64,000 nucleotides of DNA, taken from contig CAWCKY010000001.1 in NCBI GenBank assembly GCA_963796275.1, forward strand, positions 992,001 through 1,056,000. Direction: 5' to 3'. Under the pieces are notes generated by a model that was given only the letters and a program-made list of their open reading frames with translations, made no database searches and had not been told where the DNA came from. Position 1 is the first letter of the stretch, and the number at the start of each line of letters is the position of its first letter. The translations under genes and the position numbers were made by a program. Shown piece by piece: positions 62,835 through 64,000 of the stretch. This DNA comes from an uncultured Acidobacteriota bacterium (GTDB taxonomy: Bacteria; Acidobacteriota; Blastocatellia; RBC074).

Positions 62835-64000
62835 TCATTTCACTGTTCCGAACGTCCGTAACTCCATCTCGTCAGTCTTCTTTTCGTCGAAGCGATACTT
62901 GCGCAGGAACTCATCGGTGATATTGATACCCAGGCCCGGAGCTGTCACGGGAAAGACCGCCTCCTGGTCTCTACGTAATCCTCCTGCGACAATTTCACGG
63001 AAGACCGTTTCGTCTGGCTCGAAGAACTCAAGGATGAGGAAATTGGGGATTGTCAGACACGCATGTATCGAGGCTATTGTGCAAATGGGGCCGTTCGGGT
63101 TGTGCGGAGCCACCGGGACGTAATAGGTGTCGGCCATAGCCGCGATCTTCTTAAACTCCGTAATGCCGCCGGTGCGGGCGATATCGGGTTGTATAATGCG
63201 CACGGCCTGCCGCTCCAGTAATTCGCGAAAACCGTGGCGGCTAAAGATTCGTTCTCCGGTGGCCAGGGGGACATTCACTGAGCGCTGTACTTCCGCCATA
63301 GCCGCGATGTTCTCAGGTGGGACCGCTTCCTCGTAGAAGAACAGCCGGTAGGGTTCGAGCGCCCGGATGATCTCGATCGTTGATTTGGTATTCCAGCGTC
63401 CATGAACATCGATGGCGATGTCATAGTCGGGTCCGCCGGCCTCGCGGATGGCTTTGACCTGGGCGACCGCGCTGCGCAGGTCTTGTTGTGTCACTTCGCG
63501 GTTCATCGGCGTGGTCGTGAATGGATCGAACTTGCAGCCCGTGTAGCCTTTGGCGACCAAGTCTTTGGTCTTCTTTGCCATGGCTTCAGGCGTCCTGGGA
63601 ATTCCTTCGATCCATCCGTTGGCATAAATCCTGAGCTTCTCGTGCGTCTGGCCTCCCAGAAGCTTGTAGACTGGTATCCCGAGTTTTTTTCCGACGATGT
63701 CATAAAGTGCCGTGTCAATACCGCTGATAGCTGCCAGCACCACACCGCCCATTCCGTTGTAGTAGAGGAACCGGTACATCCTGTTCCAAAGCCGCTCGAT
63801 ATCCCAAGCGCTCTCTCCGACGACCACGTTACTCAGACTGCGGACGGCGGCAGCGATAGGTTGGACGCCCGGAAAATTCGTCCCCTCGCCCCACCCGACA
63901 ATCCCTTCTTGCGTTTCTACGCGAACGAAGAGCCAGGGGCCATAACCTCTGACTCCTGTTAATAAGTGAGGCTCGACCTTAACAATCTTTAGCGCGGCAT
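62835..64000 (-). CDS. Mandelate racemase/galactonate dehydratase-like enolase-superfamily enzyme; 5' end outside window
   Basis: Frame open to window edge (VRVETQEGIVGWGEG); SGIDTALYD, KFD, IDVHGR, EEAVP, TGER, QPD, APHN. Confidence 0.92.
   Translation of the reverse strand, partial: AALKIVKVEPHLLTGVRGYGPWLFVRVETQEGIVGWGEGTNFPGVQPIAAAVRSLSNVVVGESAWDIERLWNRMYRFLYYNGMGGVVLAAISGIDTALYDIVGKKLGIPVYKLLGGQTHEKLRIYANGWIEGIPRTPEAMAKKTKDLVAKGYTGCKFDPFTTTPMNREVTQQDLRSAVAQVKAIREAGGPDYDIAIDVHGRWNTKSTIEIIRALEPYRLFFYEEAVPPENIAAMAEVQRSVNVPLATGERIFSRHGFRELLERQAVRIIQPDIARTGGITEFKKIAAMADTYYVPVAPHNPNGPICTIASIHACLTIPNFLILEFFEPDETVFREIVAGGLRRDQEAVFPVTAPGLGINITDEFLRKYRFDEKKTDEMELRTFGTVK

Overview
Bacterial chromosomal window, most consistent with an Acidobacterium (Oar-like TonB-dependent receptors, acidobacterial VWA protein, DUF3857 pair); taxonomy is inferred from gene content only. 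Layout: (1) a tandem duplication of a [TonB-dependent receptor + TonB] unit; (2) a ~7.8 kb AT-richer island integrated in comM/yifB, flanked by a duplicated, decayed 3' half of comM and filled with integron-type gene cassettes separated by attC sites but with no integrase (a CALIN), including HEPN-like and restriction-endonuclease-like cassettes; (3) housekeeping genes (comM, MltD-like, TPM/LemA, CbbQ/CbbO-like pair without Rubisco or Nor nearby, mnmA, yjbQ, ABC transporter, ndk, transglutaminase pair) punctuated by heptamer-repeat hairpins; (4) a ~14 kb stress-gene cluster (treY, single-domain Clp ATPase, lmo0937-like, ElaB/holin/DUF3618-like, hybrid kinase, sigma54 activator) with seven sigma54 -24/-12 motifs, repeated TGTA-N9-TACA candidate enhancer boxes and two structured candidate sRNAs; (5) a two-component system, peptidase, VWA protein, corA, a third TBDR and an enolase-superfamily dehydratase. 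Single-base frameshifts in mnmA, treY and a TBDR suggest assembly indel errors, so pseudogene calls need caution. All calls were made by eye, with no database searches.
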